DNA of 37,188 nucleotides from a virus (Duplodnaviria; Caudoviricetes). Below the pieces are notes generated by a model. That model saw nothing but the letters and a program-made list of their open reading frames with translations. It made no database searches and was not told the DNA's origin. The position numbers and the translations under genes are program-made. Of this stretch, positions 36,991 through 37,188 are shown in pieces. Within the stretch, counting starts at the first letter, position 1. Each line of letters opens with the position of its first letter. The stretch spans positions 1 through 37,188 of IMG/VR virus record IMGVR_UViG_3300020219_000034; one strand, given 5' to 3'.

Positions 36991-37188
36991 ATGAACATTC
37001 CACATATCGGTGACGACGAAAAGGGCGAACTGGCGCAGGGATTTGCGGTGATCGAGTGGCACGAGCGCGCCTCACCGAATGGCGCACGCGTGGACCTGTG
37101 CATCCGCTACGTCGAGGCGCGCCACGCGGGGCAGGGGCACCACGCGGCGCTGCGTTCGATGAACGCGCTGCTGCAGGAGTGGTACCCC
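36991..37188 (+). CDS. Hypothetical protein, truncated by the window end (MNIPHIGDDEKGELAQGFAVIEW...)
   Basis: Open to the edge with GC3 bias; promoter-like site upstream. Confidence 0.65.
   Translation, partial: MNIPHIGDDEKGELAQGFAVIEWHERASPNGARVDLCIRYVEARHAGQGHHAALRSMNALLQEWYP

Overview
GC-rich bacteriophage or prophage late region with a complete P22-like (podovirus-type) morphogenesis module on the + strand. Gene order: large terminase; an accessory block (ribbon-helix-helix protein, 2OG-Fe(II) oxygenase, Tat-motif protein, Cys-rich peptide, CAT-anticodon tRNA); portal; scaffold; P22-type coat; decoration and head-completion proteins; gp4- and gp10-like tail proteins; needle-like protein; GNAT acetyltransferase; four Gly/Pro/Gln-rich DNA-ejection proteins; a 4732-aa polyvalent protein; tail fibre; lysis cassette with a GH108 endolysin. 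The giant protein carries N-terminal repeats, an ART-PolyVal-like domain, a DarB-like N6-methyltransferase/SNF2-helicase, an HExxH zincin motif and an LPD38-like end. The most unusual signals are: two small genes apparently overprinted in the +1 frame of linkers of the giant gene, each with its own promoter-like element; a recurring CG(T/C)CA-N6-TGAC(G/A) palindrome ahead of three promoter-like sites; a hybrid initiator/elongator tRNA; and a recurring MADL/LADL motif in internal virion proteins. All family assignments are from motif recognition and gene order by eye; no database searches were run.
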